From: Prorocentrum cordatum | Lineage: Eukaryota | Assembly: GCA_963575745.1 (NCBI GenBank) | Contig: CAUYUJ010000120.1 | Coordinates: forward strand, 1-64,000 | Length of the DNA stretch: 64,000 nucleotides | Reading direction: 5' to 3' | Shown here: one piece after another, positions 1 to 12,535 of the stretch | Numbering within the stretch: position 1 is the first letter of the stretch | How the letters are laid out: every line of letters begins with the position of its first letter | The notes under the pieces: generated by a model | What the model saw: the letters and a program-made list of their open reading frames with translations, nothing else | Told to the model about the DNA's origin: nothing | Database searches by the model: none | Translations under genes and position numbers: made by a program

Positions 1-1465
1 GGTGGAGCTAGTTGACCGACCCGGCGAGAAAGGACAAAGTGTTAACTTTTGGGTGGTTTTTCAAATATTTGAAAAAAGATATTTGACATTCATTTTGAGA
101 AAGCAGATTTTTCGCACCTGTAGTGGGTTAAGACGCGTCTGCCAGTAAAATTTCCAGGTCCGTAGGAGCATTATTTCTATCAAAACACTTGGAGGAACCG
201 ACGTTCGATAAAAACAGAAAAACGTGATTTTTCGGTTTTTGGGTTTCTCACTCCAGAAGCTTACTGCCTGTGTTCTGAGAGGCGTGGTGTGAGAAAAGAG
301 CTCTACGAGGGTCCCGGCGGTAACCTGGTTGACGGTTTACCGCCGGTTCCCAGTTGGCAAGAAAAATCTCGACGGACCTTTTGGTGACTTTTGGTCGGTT
401 GAAAATTTTGTTCCCAAAATTTGACCATTCGTTAGAACTCTAGTATTTTTTCCCGTGATATTCGATCTTATTCCCGCTCGCCATCTTGATCTCAGCTCGA
501 TCGGGTAACTTTGAAGGCACACGGGCGGGAACGGCCGTTTCGAGTCATCTTGATATGCGCTGTCGGTTTTCTCAAGATAACTCGAGCTCTAGGGCAGCTA
601 CAGAGCTGATAAACACAGCTAATGCATGCAGAATGATCAGGCGCGTTCGCCTGTTGAAGGTCTGAACTCGGTCTGTCAGCCGAGCTAGGTCCGCAAACCT
701 GTTTGTATTACGCGTTGTCGGTATTTTCTACTCAACTCGAGCTGTAGGGCAGCTACAGTGCTGGTAAGCACTCGTATCGCACTCAGAATGATCAGACGCA
801 TCCGCCTGTTCAATCCATAGGTCTAAACTCGGTCTGCTAGCCGAGCTAGGTTCGCAAACCTATTTGTATTATTTGAGTCCACTTGATACGCGTAATCGGT
901 ATTTTCTACTTAACTCGAGCTGGAGGGCAGCTACAGTGCTGGTAAGCACACCTATCGCACTCAGAATCATCAGGCGCGTTCGCCTGTTGAATCCAGCTCT
1001 GAACTCAGTCTGTTGCGTCCAGAATTACGAAACTGTTCGCATTCTTCCAGTCATCTTGAGAGCTGCTGTCGGCGTTCTGCACTTAATTCGGGCTGTAGGG
1101 AGGCTGCAGGGCGGGCAATCACAGAATCGATTCGGAGACATCAGACGCGTCCGTCTGTCGCATTCAGAGGTCTGAACTCGGTCTGATACTCGAGTTGGGC
1201 TCAAAAACTATTCGTTCTCTGCAATTTTTTCCGACAGCATATGTTGTCAGGAAGCTCTACGAGTCCCCCGGCGGTAACAAAGGTTGACGGTTTACCGCCA
1301 GCGCCCAGTTCGGGCGCAGGGTGGAGCTAGTTGGCCGACCCGACCAAAAGAGACAATGTACCTCGTGGAGCTCTTCGACGAGATGAGCTAAGAGGAATTC
1401 GGGCGCAGGGTGGAGCTAGTTGGCTGACCCGACCAAAAGAGACAATGTGATAACCTGGGGTAGGT

Positions 1466-1915
1466 ACCTCGTAGAGCTCTTCGGCATCGATGAGCTAGAG
1501 GAATTCCGGCGCGGGGTGGAGTAGTTAGTCGACCCGGCCAGAAAGGACAAAGTGATAACTTTTGGGTGGTTTTGCAATTTTTTAAAAGATGTTTGACAAT
1601 TCATTTTGAGAAAACAGATTTTTACTCCGAGCATTGACATATTTTATTTGTTCCCTCAGCAGCTCAGCCCTCTAGAGCCATTTTCAGTGCCAGTTCACTT
1701 GGAGGAACCGACTTCATGTTGACTCCAAAAAATCCCAACTTGAATTTTTTCCCCACCGTTCACCCCCCGGGTCCCGTTTTGTCTGGGGCAGTTGCTGTTG
1801 CGTAGAAAAAAGCTTCCAGAAGCTCCCGCTTTGATGCTGAGCTTTCTCACGGATTCAAGGAGCTCTACGAGGTTCCCGGCGGTGACCAGGTTGACGGTTC
1901 ACCGCCGGCGCCAGT
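1466..1915 (+). mobile_element. Short-family element nested in another element
   Basis: Starts ACCTCGTAGAGCTC after GT and ends GAGCTCTACGAGGT-hairpin-CGCCAGT. Flanks rejoin to the uninterrupted sequence seen near 2630-2655. Confidence 0.75.
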
Positions 1916-4900
1916 TTTGGAACATTGTGCAAGATTTGACAATTTGTTTTCATAAGTTGGATTTTTCCTACCTACAATAAGCTATGGCGCATCTGCTGGT
2001 AAAATTTTCAGGGCTCTAGAAGCAATATTACTATCAAAAGACTTGCGGGAACCGACTTTGCCCGCATTACAGTTTGGCAGGTGACGGTGGTTGGCTTTAC
2101 TTAACTCGAGCTGTCAGCAATCTACAGACCTCTCACGCACACCAGTCGATGCAGAATGATCTGACGCGTCACACTGGAAGCTCGAGAGTTCCTCGAAATG
2201 GCTGAGTCAGGAGTTACGATCGAAATACCGTCTCTATGTATGCGTGTTGCGAACGGTGTTTCGATGATAACTCGAGCTGAGTGCATGCTATGCATGCCAG
2301 GTACATTCCAATCGAAGTAGCGACATGCGAGACATCGAATGGGAGCCTCGAGAGTGCCCAAATTGATTAGAATTTTCAAAATTAATGAAAAATATCGATT
2401 TGTACAATTTTACATTTTTTGTGTCGGATGATTTTTTCTAATTTATATCGATCTATGGGTGACATAGAGAGTTCTGGTGCATTTTTGTCGACGCAGAATG
2501 GTCTCGCGCTCTCACTGAGAGCGCGAGACTTCATACCTCGTTCGAGCTTCTTCGACGCGATGAGCTATAGAGGACTTCGGGCGCAGGTTGAAGCTAGTTG
2601 GCCGACCGACCAAAAGAGACAATGTGTTAACCTGGGGTCGGTTTTTGGAACATTGTGCAAGATTTGACAATTCGTTTTCATAAGTTGGATTTTTCCTACC
2701 TACAATAAGCTATGGCGCATCTGCTGGTAAAATTTTCAGGGCTCTAGGGGCAATATTACTGTCAAAAGACTTGCAGGAACCGACTTTGCCTGCAGTGCAG
2801 TTTTGCAGGTGACGGTGGTTGGCTTTACTTAACTCGAGCTGTCAGCAAGCTGCAGACCTCTCACGCACACCAGTCGAGGTCGCGTGCCTTGGCGCTGTCA
2901 CACTGGAAGCCCCTGTTTCTTTTCGTAGAGCCTTCGGCATCGATGAGCTAGGAGGAACTTCCGCGCGGGGGAGCTAGTTGGTTCGACCCGGCAAGAAGGA
3001 CAATGTGACAACTTTTGGGTGTTTTTGAGAATTTTTGAAAGATATTTGACAATTCATTTTGAGAAAGCAAATTTTTCGCACCTGTAAACGAATATGAGGG
3101 CCTCCCTGTCTTAATATGAGCTCTCTAGGCGCACTTTTACTATCAAAACACTTGGCGCAACCATCTTCGTATCGACATGAAAAAAATCATGTTTTCTCTT
3201 TTTCGAGAAATGCTTCCAGAAGCCCTCTCTTTTGATGCTGAGCACTCCTACGCGGGAAGGGGATCACGAGGTTTTCCGGCGGTGACCCCCCCAAAGGAAG
3301 GTGACGGTTTCACCGCCGGCGCAGTGTTAACCTCTTGTTTTGGCTTTTTTTGGGGTTTGTCGGTTTTTGGAAAACATTATGCAGATTTGGACAATTCGTT
3401 TTCATAGTTGGATTTTTCCTATCCTACCTACAATACGCTATGGCGCAAGTCTGCTGGTAAATTCTCAGGGCTCTCTAGGGGCCATATTTTACTGTCAAAA
3501 GACTTGCAGGAAACCGCCTTTGCCGCAGTGCATTTGGCAAGGGACGGTGGTTGCTTTTACTTAACCGAAGCTGCAGCAAGCTACAGAACTCCCACGCACA
3601 CCAGTCGATGCCAGAATGACCTGGCGCGGTTCGTCACACTGGAAGCTCGAAGAGTTCTAGAAACAATGGCTGAGCAGGACGAGTTATGCTCGAAATACGT
3701 CTCTATGTATGCGTGTGGCGAACGGTGTTCCGATGATAACTCGAGCTGAGTGCATGCTATGCATGCCAGGTACATTCCAATCGAAGTAGCGACATGCGAG
3801 ACATCGAATGGGAGTCTCGAGAGTGCCCAAACTGATTAGAATTTTCAAAATCCATGAAAAATATCGATTTGTACAATTTTGTATTTTTTTGTGTCGGATG
3901 ATTTTTTTTCTAATTTATATCGATCTATGGGTGACCTAGAGAGTTCTGGTGCATTTTTGTCGACGCAGAATGGTCTCGCGCTCTCACTGAGAGCGCGAGA
4001 CTTTCATATGAATAGCTTCGCTGGGAGTGAGAACTTTGGTCCAGCCGGCCGAGGCGGACAATGTGACAACTTTTGGGTGGTTTTGCAATTTTTTTGAAAG
4101 ATATTTGACAATTCATTTTGAAAAAGCAGATTTTTACTCCGAGCATTGAGATATAAACTTCGTTCCCTGATCAGCTCGGCCATCTAGAGTCATTTTCAGT
4201 ACCAGTTCACTTGAAGGAACCGACTTCATGTTGACTCCGAAAAAATCTCAACTTGAAGTTTTTGTAGAAAAGCTCCAGAAGCTCCCGCTTTGATGCTGAG
4301 CTTTCTCACGGATTCAAGGAGCTCTACGAGGTTCCCGGCGGTGACCAGGTTGACGGTTCACCGCCGGCGCCAGTGTTAACCTGGGGTCGGTTTTTGAAAC
4401 TTTGTGCAAGATTTGACAATTCGTTTTCAGAAAACGGATTTTGCTCACATACAGTAAGCTATGGCGCACCTGCTGGTAAAATTTTCAGGGCTCTAGGGGC
4501 AATATTACTGTCAAAAGACTTGCAGGAACCGACTTTGCCTGCAGTGCAGTTTGGCAGGTGACGGTGGTTGGCTTTAATTAACTCGAGCTGTCAGCAAGCT
4601 ACAGACCTCTCACGCACACCAGTCGATGCAGAATGATCTGGCGCGTCACACTGGAAGCTCGAGAGTTTCTAGAAATGGCTGAGTCAGGAGTTATGCTCGA
4701 AATACTGTCTCTATGTATGCGTGTTGCGAACGGTGTTTCGATGATAATTCGAGCTGAGTGCATGCTATGCATGCCAGGTATATTCCAATCGGAGTAGCGA
4801 CATGCGAGACATCGAATGGGAGCCTCGAGAGTGCCCAAATTGATTAGAATTTTCAAAATCAATGAAAAATATCGATTTGTACAATTTTGTATTTTTTGTG

Positions 4901-5950
4901 TCGGATGATTTTTTTTCTAATTTATATCGATCTATGGGTGACCTAGAGAGTTCTGGTGCATTTTGTCGACGCAGAATGGTCTCGCGCTCTCACTGAGAGC
5001 GCGAGACTTCATATGAATAGCTTCGCTGGGAGTGAGAACTTTGGTCCAGCCGGCCGAGGCGGACAATGTGACAACTTTTGGGTGGTTTTGCAATTTTTTG
5101 AAAGATATTTGACAATTCATTTTGAAAAAGCAGATTCTTACTCCGAGCATTGAGATATAAACTTCGTTCCCTGATCAGCTCGGCCATCTAGAGTCATTTC
5201 AGTACCAGTTCACTTGAAGGAACCGACTTCATGTTGACTCTGAAAAAATCTCAACTTGAAGTTTTTGTAGAAAAGCTCCCAGAAGCTCCCGTTGATGCTG
5301 AGCTTCTCACGGATCCCCTTCAGGAAGCTCTACGAGTTCCCAGCTGGCCCAGGTTGACGTTCACGCCGGAGCCCAGTTGGCGACCCGACCAAAAGAGACA
5401 ATGTGTAACCTGGGTTCGGTTTGAAACTCTTGTGCAAGATTAGGACAATTCGTTATTTCAGAAAAAGGATTTTTTGTCTTTTTCGTTTTTTTCTCACATT
5501 TTCACATACATTAAGCTATGGCGCAACTGGCGGGTATTTTCAGGGCTCTAGGGGCAATATTAGTGTCAAAAGACTTGCAGGAACCGACTTTGCCTGCAGT
5601 GCAGTTTGGCAGGTGACGGTGGTTGGCTTTACTTAACTCGAGCTGTCAGCAAGCTAAAGACCTCTCACGCACACCAGTCGATGCAGAATGATCTGGCGCG
5701 TCACACTGGAAGCTCGAGAGTTCCTAGAAATGGCTGAGTCAGGAGTTATGCTCGAAATACTGTCTCTATGTATGCGTGTTGCGAACAGTGTTTCGATGAT
5801 AACTCGAGCTGAGTGCATGCTATGCATGCCAGGTACATTCCAATCGAAGTAGCGACATGCGAGACATCGAATGGGAGCCTCGAGAGTGCCCAAATTGATT
5901 AGAATTTTCAAAAGTAATGAAAAATATCGATTTGTACAATTTTGTATTTT
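1916..5950 (+). repeat. Four to five imperfect tandem copies of a ~0.6-1 kb element body
   Basis: Block GAGCTGAGTGCATGCTATGCATGCCAGGTACATTCCAATCG recurs near 2275, 3745, 4752 and 5806 with shared flanks. Copies near 2880-3600 and 5270-5500 are indel-rich. Confidence 0.85.
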
Positions 5951-7246
5951 TTGTCTTTTGGTCGGTTTTGCGAAAAATTGAAGGATATTTGACAATTCAT
6001 TTTGAGGAAGGAGATTTTTCGCACCTGTGAACGACTGTGAGGGTCTCTCTGTCTCAGTATGAGCTCTGTAGGCGCACTTTTACTATTAAAACACTTGGAG
6101 GAACCATCTTAATGTCGACACGAAAAAAACATTTTTTTTTCTTTCGAGAAATGCTTCCAGAAGCTCTCTCTTTCGACTCCGAGCACTCTTACGCGTGAAA
6201 TGAGCTCTACGAGGTTCCCGGCGGTGACCAGGTTGACGGTTCACCGCCGGCGCCAGTCGATGAGCTAGAGGAATTCCGGCGCGGGGTGGAGCTAGTTGCT
6301 CGACCCGGCCAGAAAGGACAAAGTGGTATTTTTTGGGTGGTTTTGGAATTTTTTGAAATATATTTGATAATTCATTTTGAGAAATCAGATTTTTCGCACC
6401 TGTAAACCTCGTAGAGCTCTTCGTCATCGATGAGCTAGAGGAATTCCGGCGCGGGTGGAGCTAGTTGGTCGACCCGGCCAGAAAGGACAAAGTGTTAACT
6501 TTTGGGTGGTTTTGCAATTGTTTGAAAGATATTTGACAATTTATTTTGAGAAAGCAGACTATGAGGGTCTTTCTGTCTTAATATGAGCTTTGTAGGCGCA
6601 CTTTTACTATCAAAACACTTGGGGGAACCATCTTCGTCGACACGAAAAAAATCATGTTTTTCCTTTTTCGAGAAATGCTTCCAGAAGCTTCATCTTTTGG
6701 TTCTGAGCACTCTTACGCGTGAAAGAAGCTCTACGAGGTTCCCGGCGGCCAGGTTGACGGTTCACCGCCGGCGCCATGAGGGCCTCTCTGTCTTAGTATG
6801 AGCTCTCTGGGCGCAGTTTTCTATCAAAAGACTTGGCGAACCATCTTCATGTCGACACGGAAAAAACAATTTTTCAGTTTTTTCAGAAATGCTTCGAGAA
6901 GCTCTCTCTTCCGACTCCGAGCACTCCTACGCGTGAAACGAGCTCTACGAGGTTCCCGGCGGTGACCAGGTTGACGGTTCACCGCCGGCGCCAGTCTTAA
7001 TATGAGCTCCGTAGGCGCTCTTTTACTATTCAAACACTTGGAGCAACCATCTCCATGTCGACACGAAAAAAATCAATTTTCCCCCTTTTCGAGAAATGCT
7101 CCCAGAAGCTCTCTCTTTCGACTCTGAGCACTCTTACCCGTAAAAGGAGCTCTACGAGGTTTCCGGCGGTGACCAGGTTGACGGTTCACCGCCGGCGCCA
7201 GTTCAGAGCTTTCCACGAAGCGTGTCCAGCTCCCGCAGAGCTTCGC

Positions 7247-7247
<1 letters not shown>

Positions 7248-7277
<30 letters not shown>

Positions 7278-7304
7278 TCGTGTGTGCGTGCTTATGTGCG
7301 TGTG
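7248..7304. repeat. (TG)n microsatellite
   Basis: Direct reading. Confidence 0.95.
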
Positions 7305-8419
7305 CTCGTAACTCGTAGAGCTTCCCTTAGCAAGTTATTGCTGGAAGCTAAGAGCAATTCCGGGGCGCTGGAGAGCTAGTTGGCAAGAAAAATCTCGACG
7401 GACCTTTTGGTGACTTTTGGTCGGTTGAAAATTTTGTCCTCGAAATTTGACAATTCGTTAGAGCTCTAGTATTTTTTCCCGTGATATTCGATCTTATTCC
7501 CGCTCGCCATCTTGATCCCAGCTCGATCGGGTAACTTGAAGGCCAAAAAGCGTCCCGGCGGGAACGGTCGTTTCGAGTCATCTTGTCACGCGTTGTCGGT
7601 ATTTTCTACATTACTCGAGCTGTAGGGCAGCCACAGAGCTGGTAAGCACACCTATCGCATTGAGAATTATCAGGCGCGTTCGCCTGTCAAATCCAGAGGT
7701 CTGAACTCGGTCTGCTAGCCGAGCTAGGTCCGCAAACCTATTCGTATTATTCGAGTCATCATGACAGACGCTCTCGGTATTTTGTACTTAACTCGAGCTG
7801 TAGGGCAGTCACAGTGATGGTTAGCACACCTATCGCATTCATTTCTGTGCAGAAACCGACAATATCAACTCGAATACTAGAATAGTTTCGCGAACCTAGT
7901 TCGAGCAGCAGACCGAGTTCGGAGCTCTGGAATCGACCGACAGACGCGCCTGAGGTTTGAAAATCGATATCTGTCAACCGCAGCACTGTAGCCCTTTCCC
8001 AGCACGAGTTCAGTGCAGAAAAATTGAGAGCACTTCTCATGATAATACGCACAATGCAAATAGTTTCGCGAAGGCTGAGCAGGCCGAGTTCAGAGCTCTC
8101 GCTTGAATCCACAAACGCGACTGATGATTCCCCATCGATGTATGTGACAATGAGCCCTCTAGCTGCCCTACAGCTCGAGTTAAGTACAGAAAACCGAGAG
8201 CGTCTGTCAAGATGACTCGAATAATACGAATTGGTTTCCGGACCTAGCTAGGCTAGCAGACCGAGTTCAGACCTCTAGATTTGACAGGCGAACGCGCCTG
8301 ATAATTCCTCGGGCTGTAGGGGGGCTGCAGGGCTGGGAATCACATGAGTGTTTGCAGACATCAGACGCGCCCGCCTGTCGCATTCAGAGGTCTGAACTTT
8401 GACTTTCGAAATGGGTTGC

Positions 8420-8420
<1 letters not shown>

Positions 8421-8499
<79 letters not shown>
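8421..8499. repeat. Poly(T) then poly(A) run, possibly inflated by sequencing error
   Basis: About 63 T followed by about 16 A where sister elements have only a short T run. Confidence 0.8.
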
Positions 8500-8854
8500 G
8501 GGTTATCTTGAGAGGTCTGAAATCGCTTGGGCTGGAAAATTAATCGTTCTTTGAGTTTTTTTTTTTTTCACACTATATATTGTCAGGAAGCTCTACGAGT
8601 CCCCCGGCGGTAAGAAAGGTTGACGGTTTACTGCCGACGCCCAGTTTGTGTGAGTGCCTCTTTGCTATCTGGGTTTTGGACGCTACCAATTTCACGACTT
8701 TTGCTCAGTTGGAAAATACGTTCTCGAAATTTGACGATTCGTTAGAGCTCTAGTATTTTTTCCCGTGATATTCGATCTTATTCCCGCTCGCCATCTTGAT
8801 CTCAGCTCGATCGGGTAACTTTGAAGGCCAAAAAGCACACTGGCGGGATCGGCC

Positions 8855-9500
8855 GTTTCGAGTCATCTTGATATGCGCTGTCGGATTTTGTACTTAACTC
8901 GAGCTTCAGGACAGCTACAGAGCTGGTAAGCACAGCTATCGCACTCAGAATCATCAGGCGCGTTCGCCTGTTGAATCCAGAGGTCTGAACTCGGTCTGCC
9001 AGCCGAGCTAGGTCCGCAAATCTATTCGTATTCTTCGAGTCAACTTGATACGCGTTGTCGGTATTTTCTACTTAACTCGAGCTTTAGGGCAGCTACAGTG
9101 CTGGTAAGCACACATATCGCACTCAGAATCATCAGGCGCGTTCGCCTGTTGACTCGATAGGTCTGAACTCGGTCTGATAGCTGAGCTAGCTCCGCAAACC
9201 TATTCGTATTGTTCGAGTGAACTTGATACGCATTGTCGGTATTGTCTTCTTAACTCGAGCTGTAGAGCAGCTGCAGTGCTGGTAAGCACACCTATCGCAC
9301 TCAGAATCATCAGGCGCGTTCGCCTGTTGAATCCATAGGTCTGAACTCGGTCTGCTAGCCGAGCTACGTGCGTAAACCTATTCGTATTATTCGAGTCAAC
9401 TTGATACGCGTGGTGGGTATTTTGTACTTAATTCGAGATGCAGGGCAGCTACAGTGCTGGTAAGCACACCAATCGCACTCAGAATCATCAGGGGCGTTCG
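8855..9500 (+). repeat. 178-bp tandem repeat array inside a long element
   Basis: ACTCAGAATCATCAGG recurs at 178-bp spacing (8943, 9121, 9299, 9477). Confidence 0.9.
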
Positions 9501-11075
9501 TCCGCCTGTTGGATCCAGAGCTCGGAACTCGGTCTGCTGCTCAAATTAGATCGGTACAACTTCTACATTGTTCGGTCATTCTCAAAAGTGCTGTCGGTTT
9601 TCTGCACATACCTCGGACCTGTAAGGGGGCGGCAGGGCTGGTAATGACAGGAGTCGATTCGAAGACATACGCGTCCGCCTGTTGCATTCAGAGGTGAACA
9701 AATATTCACTATAAGTCGGAATGTTGGATGCGCGGTTTTCTCAACTAACGTCAAGGTAGGAAGCTCTACGAGTCCCCGGCGGTAACCAAGGCTGACCGTT
9801 CACCGCCGGCGCCCATGATTACCCGCCCTGCAGCCCTCTACAGCCCGAGCTAGGTGCAGAAAGCCGACAGCATCTTTCAGGATGACTCGAACAATACGAA
9901 CAGTTTCGCGGACCAAGCTCGGGCAGCAAACCGAGTTCCGAGCTCTGGATTCCACAGGCGGACGCGCCTGACATCTCCAAATCGATTGCTGTCACCACCA
10001 GCACTCCTACAGCCCGAGTTAAGTGCAGAAAACCGACAGCACCTCCCAAGATGACTTGAACAATACGAACAGTTTCGCGATTCTGGATCGGGCAGCAAAC
10101 CGAGTTCAGAGCTGTGGATTCAAAAGACAAACGCAACTGATGATTCTGAATCGGTTTCTGTAGGTATCAGCCCTGTAGCTGTCCTATAGCTCGAGTTAAA
10201 TACCGAAAACCGAGAGCGCCTGTCAAGACGACTTGAATAATAAGAATAGGTTTGCTGACATAGCTCGGCTAGCAGACCGAGTGATGACCTCTGGTTGGAA
10301 CAGCCGAACGCGCCTGATCATTCTGAATCCATAAAGTGTGCTTACCAGCTCTGTAGCTGTCTTATATCTCGAGCTAAGTTCAGTACACCGACAGCGCGAA
10401 TCAAGATGACTCGAAACGGCCGTTCCCGCCGGAGTGCTTTTTGGCAGTAAAAGGTTCCCGATCGAGCTGAGATCAAGATGGCGAGCGGGAATAAGATCGA
10501 ATATCACGGGAAAAAATACTAGAGCTCTAACGAATGGTTGAATTTCGAGAACAAAATTTTCAACCGACCAAAAGTCACCAAAAGCTCCGTCGAGATTTTT
10601 CTTGCCAACTAGCTCTCCAGCGCCCCGGAATTACTCTTAAGCTTCCAGCAACAACTTGCTAAGGGAAGCTCTACGAGTTACTTGGCAGCGTCCAAAACCC
10701 GGAGAGCAAAGGGAGCCGAAGGAACTGGGAAGCTCCCCTGCAGCGCTGCTGAGGCGCTACCAGAAACGCTTCCATGCGCGCCTGCACGCTTGCAGGCACG
10801 CGTGGAAGCTCGCCGGAAGCTCTCCCAGACCATTTGCTGGCTCACACGAACCCTTGTTCGTCCCAACTAGCGCTCCAGTGCCTCGGAATTATTCTTAAGC
10901 TCCCAGCAACAACTTGCTCAGGGAAGCTCTACAAGTTACTAGCTCCACCCCGTGCCGGAATTCCTCTAGCTCATCGACGACGACGAGCTCTACGAGATAT
11001 TACGCGTCGTTCCATGCCACACTGCCATGTGCACCCACGGATGAACGTGGGCAGAAGCCGAAGGCTCCCGGGAAA

Positions 11076-11372
11076 TTCCCGGAGAGCTCGCTGAGAGCTT
11101 CAGAGTTTAAGATTACAAGCCGAACGGTGGTGGCGCCCGCCAGGAGCTCCTTTCCGTCGCTCCACACGCCTCGCAGCGACGCGCCTGAGCCGGCAACGGG
11201 TCGGGGAGAGCGTCCGGCAAGCTTCCACGCGTGCCTGCATGCGCGCAGGCACGCATGGAAGCGTTTCTGGTAGCGCTTCCGGGGCGCTCCGGGGGGCCCC
11301 CCCAAGGCTCTCCAGGAAAGATTTCCCGTCCCCGAGATTCTCTTTGCTTTCCGGGTTCTGGACGCTGCCAAG
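11076..11372 (+). mobile_element. Third family (C) of GT-ended element
   Basis: Starts TTCCCGGAGAGC and ends GCTTTCCGGG-TTCTGGACGCTGCCAAGT. Related starts at ~11796 and ~38140, related ends at ~8670, 16150, 17190, 26640, 38450 and (minus) 10680. Confidence 0.65.
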
Positions 11373-12535
11373 TGCTGAGAGCTAAATGATTTAAGAATAG
11401 AAACCGGACGGTGCTGGTGCCTGCCAGGAGCTTCTGCATGGCGGTCCACAGGCTTCACAGAAACTCTGGCGACCCGGCAGCGCGTCCGGGTGAGCTTCCG
11501 CAAGCTTCCACGCATGCCTGTATACATGCAGGCACTCATGGAAGCGTTTCTGGCAGCGCTTCCGCAGCGCTCCAGAAGGGCTCCCAAGGTTCTCAGGAAA
11601 GATGTCCCGTCTGTGACTCGCAGAGCTTCCCTGAGAGCGCAGCGGCGAAGCTAAAGAGTGACTCGTAGAGCTTCCCTGAGAGCGCAGCGGCGAAGCTTAA
11701 GAGTAATACCTCGTAGAGCTCTTCGGCATCGACGAGCTAGAGGAATTCCGGCGCGGGGTGGAGCTAGTTGGCCCAGCCGGCCGAGGCGGACAATGTTCCC
11801 GGAGAGCTCGCTGAGAGCTAAAGGGTTTACGATTAGAAGCCGGACGGTGGTGGTGCCCGCCAGCAGCCCATCTCCGCCGCTCCAGAATCCCCGCAGCAGG
11901 TCGTTCGAGCCGGCAACTGGTCCAGGAGAGCTTCTGGCAAGCTTCCAGGCGTGCTGGCGCGCGTGCAGGCAAGCGTTTCAAGCGTTCCTGGCAGCGCTTC
12001 GGAAGCGCTGCGGGGGAGCCCCCCAGAGCCCCAGAAGACCTTCACGAGAGCTTCCGTGGGCTTGCCAGGAAGGTTTTCCAGTGTGTGTTCTTTTTCCCGG
12101 ATAGCTCCTTGGAGGGCTAAGGGTTTCAGAGAAGAAGCCAGAGGTGGGTGGTGAGGGGGACACGCCCACTTCTGCCGGTCCACAATCCTCGTAGCAACTA
12201 ACTCGTAGAGCTTCCCTTAGCTAGTTATAGGTGGAAGCTAAGAGTAACTCGTAGAGCTTCCCTTAGCACAGGAATCGATTCGCAGACATCAGACGCGTCC
12301 GCCTGTCGCATTCAGAGGTCTGAACTCGGTTTCATACTCGAGCTCGATTGCAAAACTGTTCGTTTGTTTTGTTAGAGTCATATTGAGAGGTCTATAATCG
12401 CTTGGGCTGAAAAACTAGCCGTTCTCTGAAATTCTTTTCGCATTATACATTGTCAGGAATCTCTACGAGTCCCCCGGCGGTAACAAAGGTTGACGGTTAC
12501 CCGCCGGCGCCCAGTTATAGCTGGAAGCTAAGAGT

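Noticed and set aside
8421..8499. Poly(T)/poly(A) as a retroposon tail or terminator
   Set aside because: Sits at a short T run of the element consensus with no TSD or body. Likely slippage or read error.
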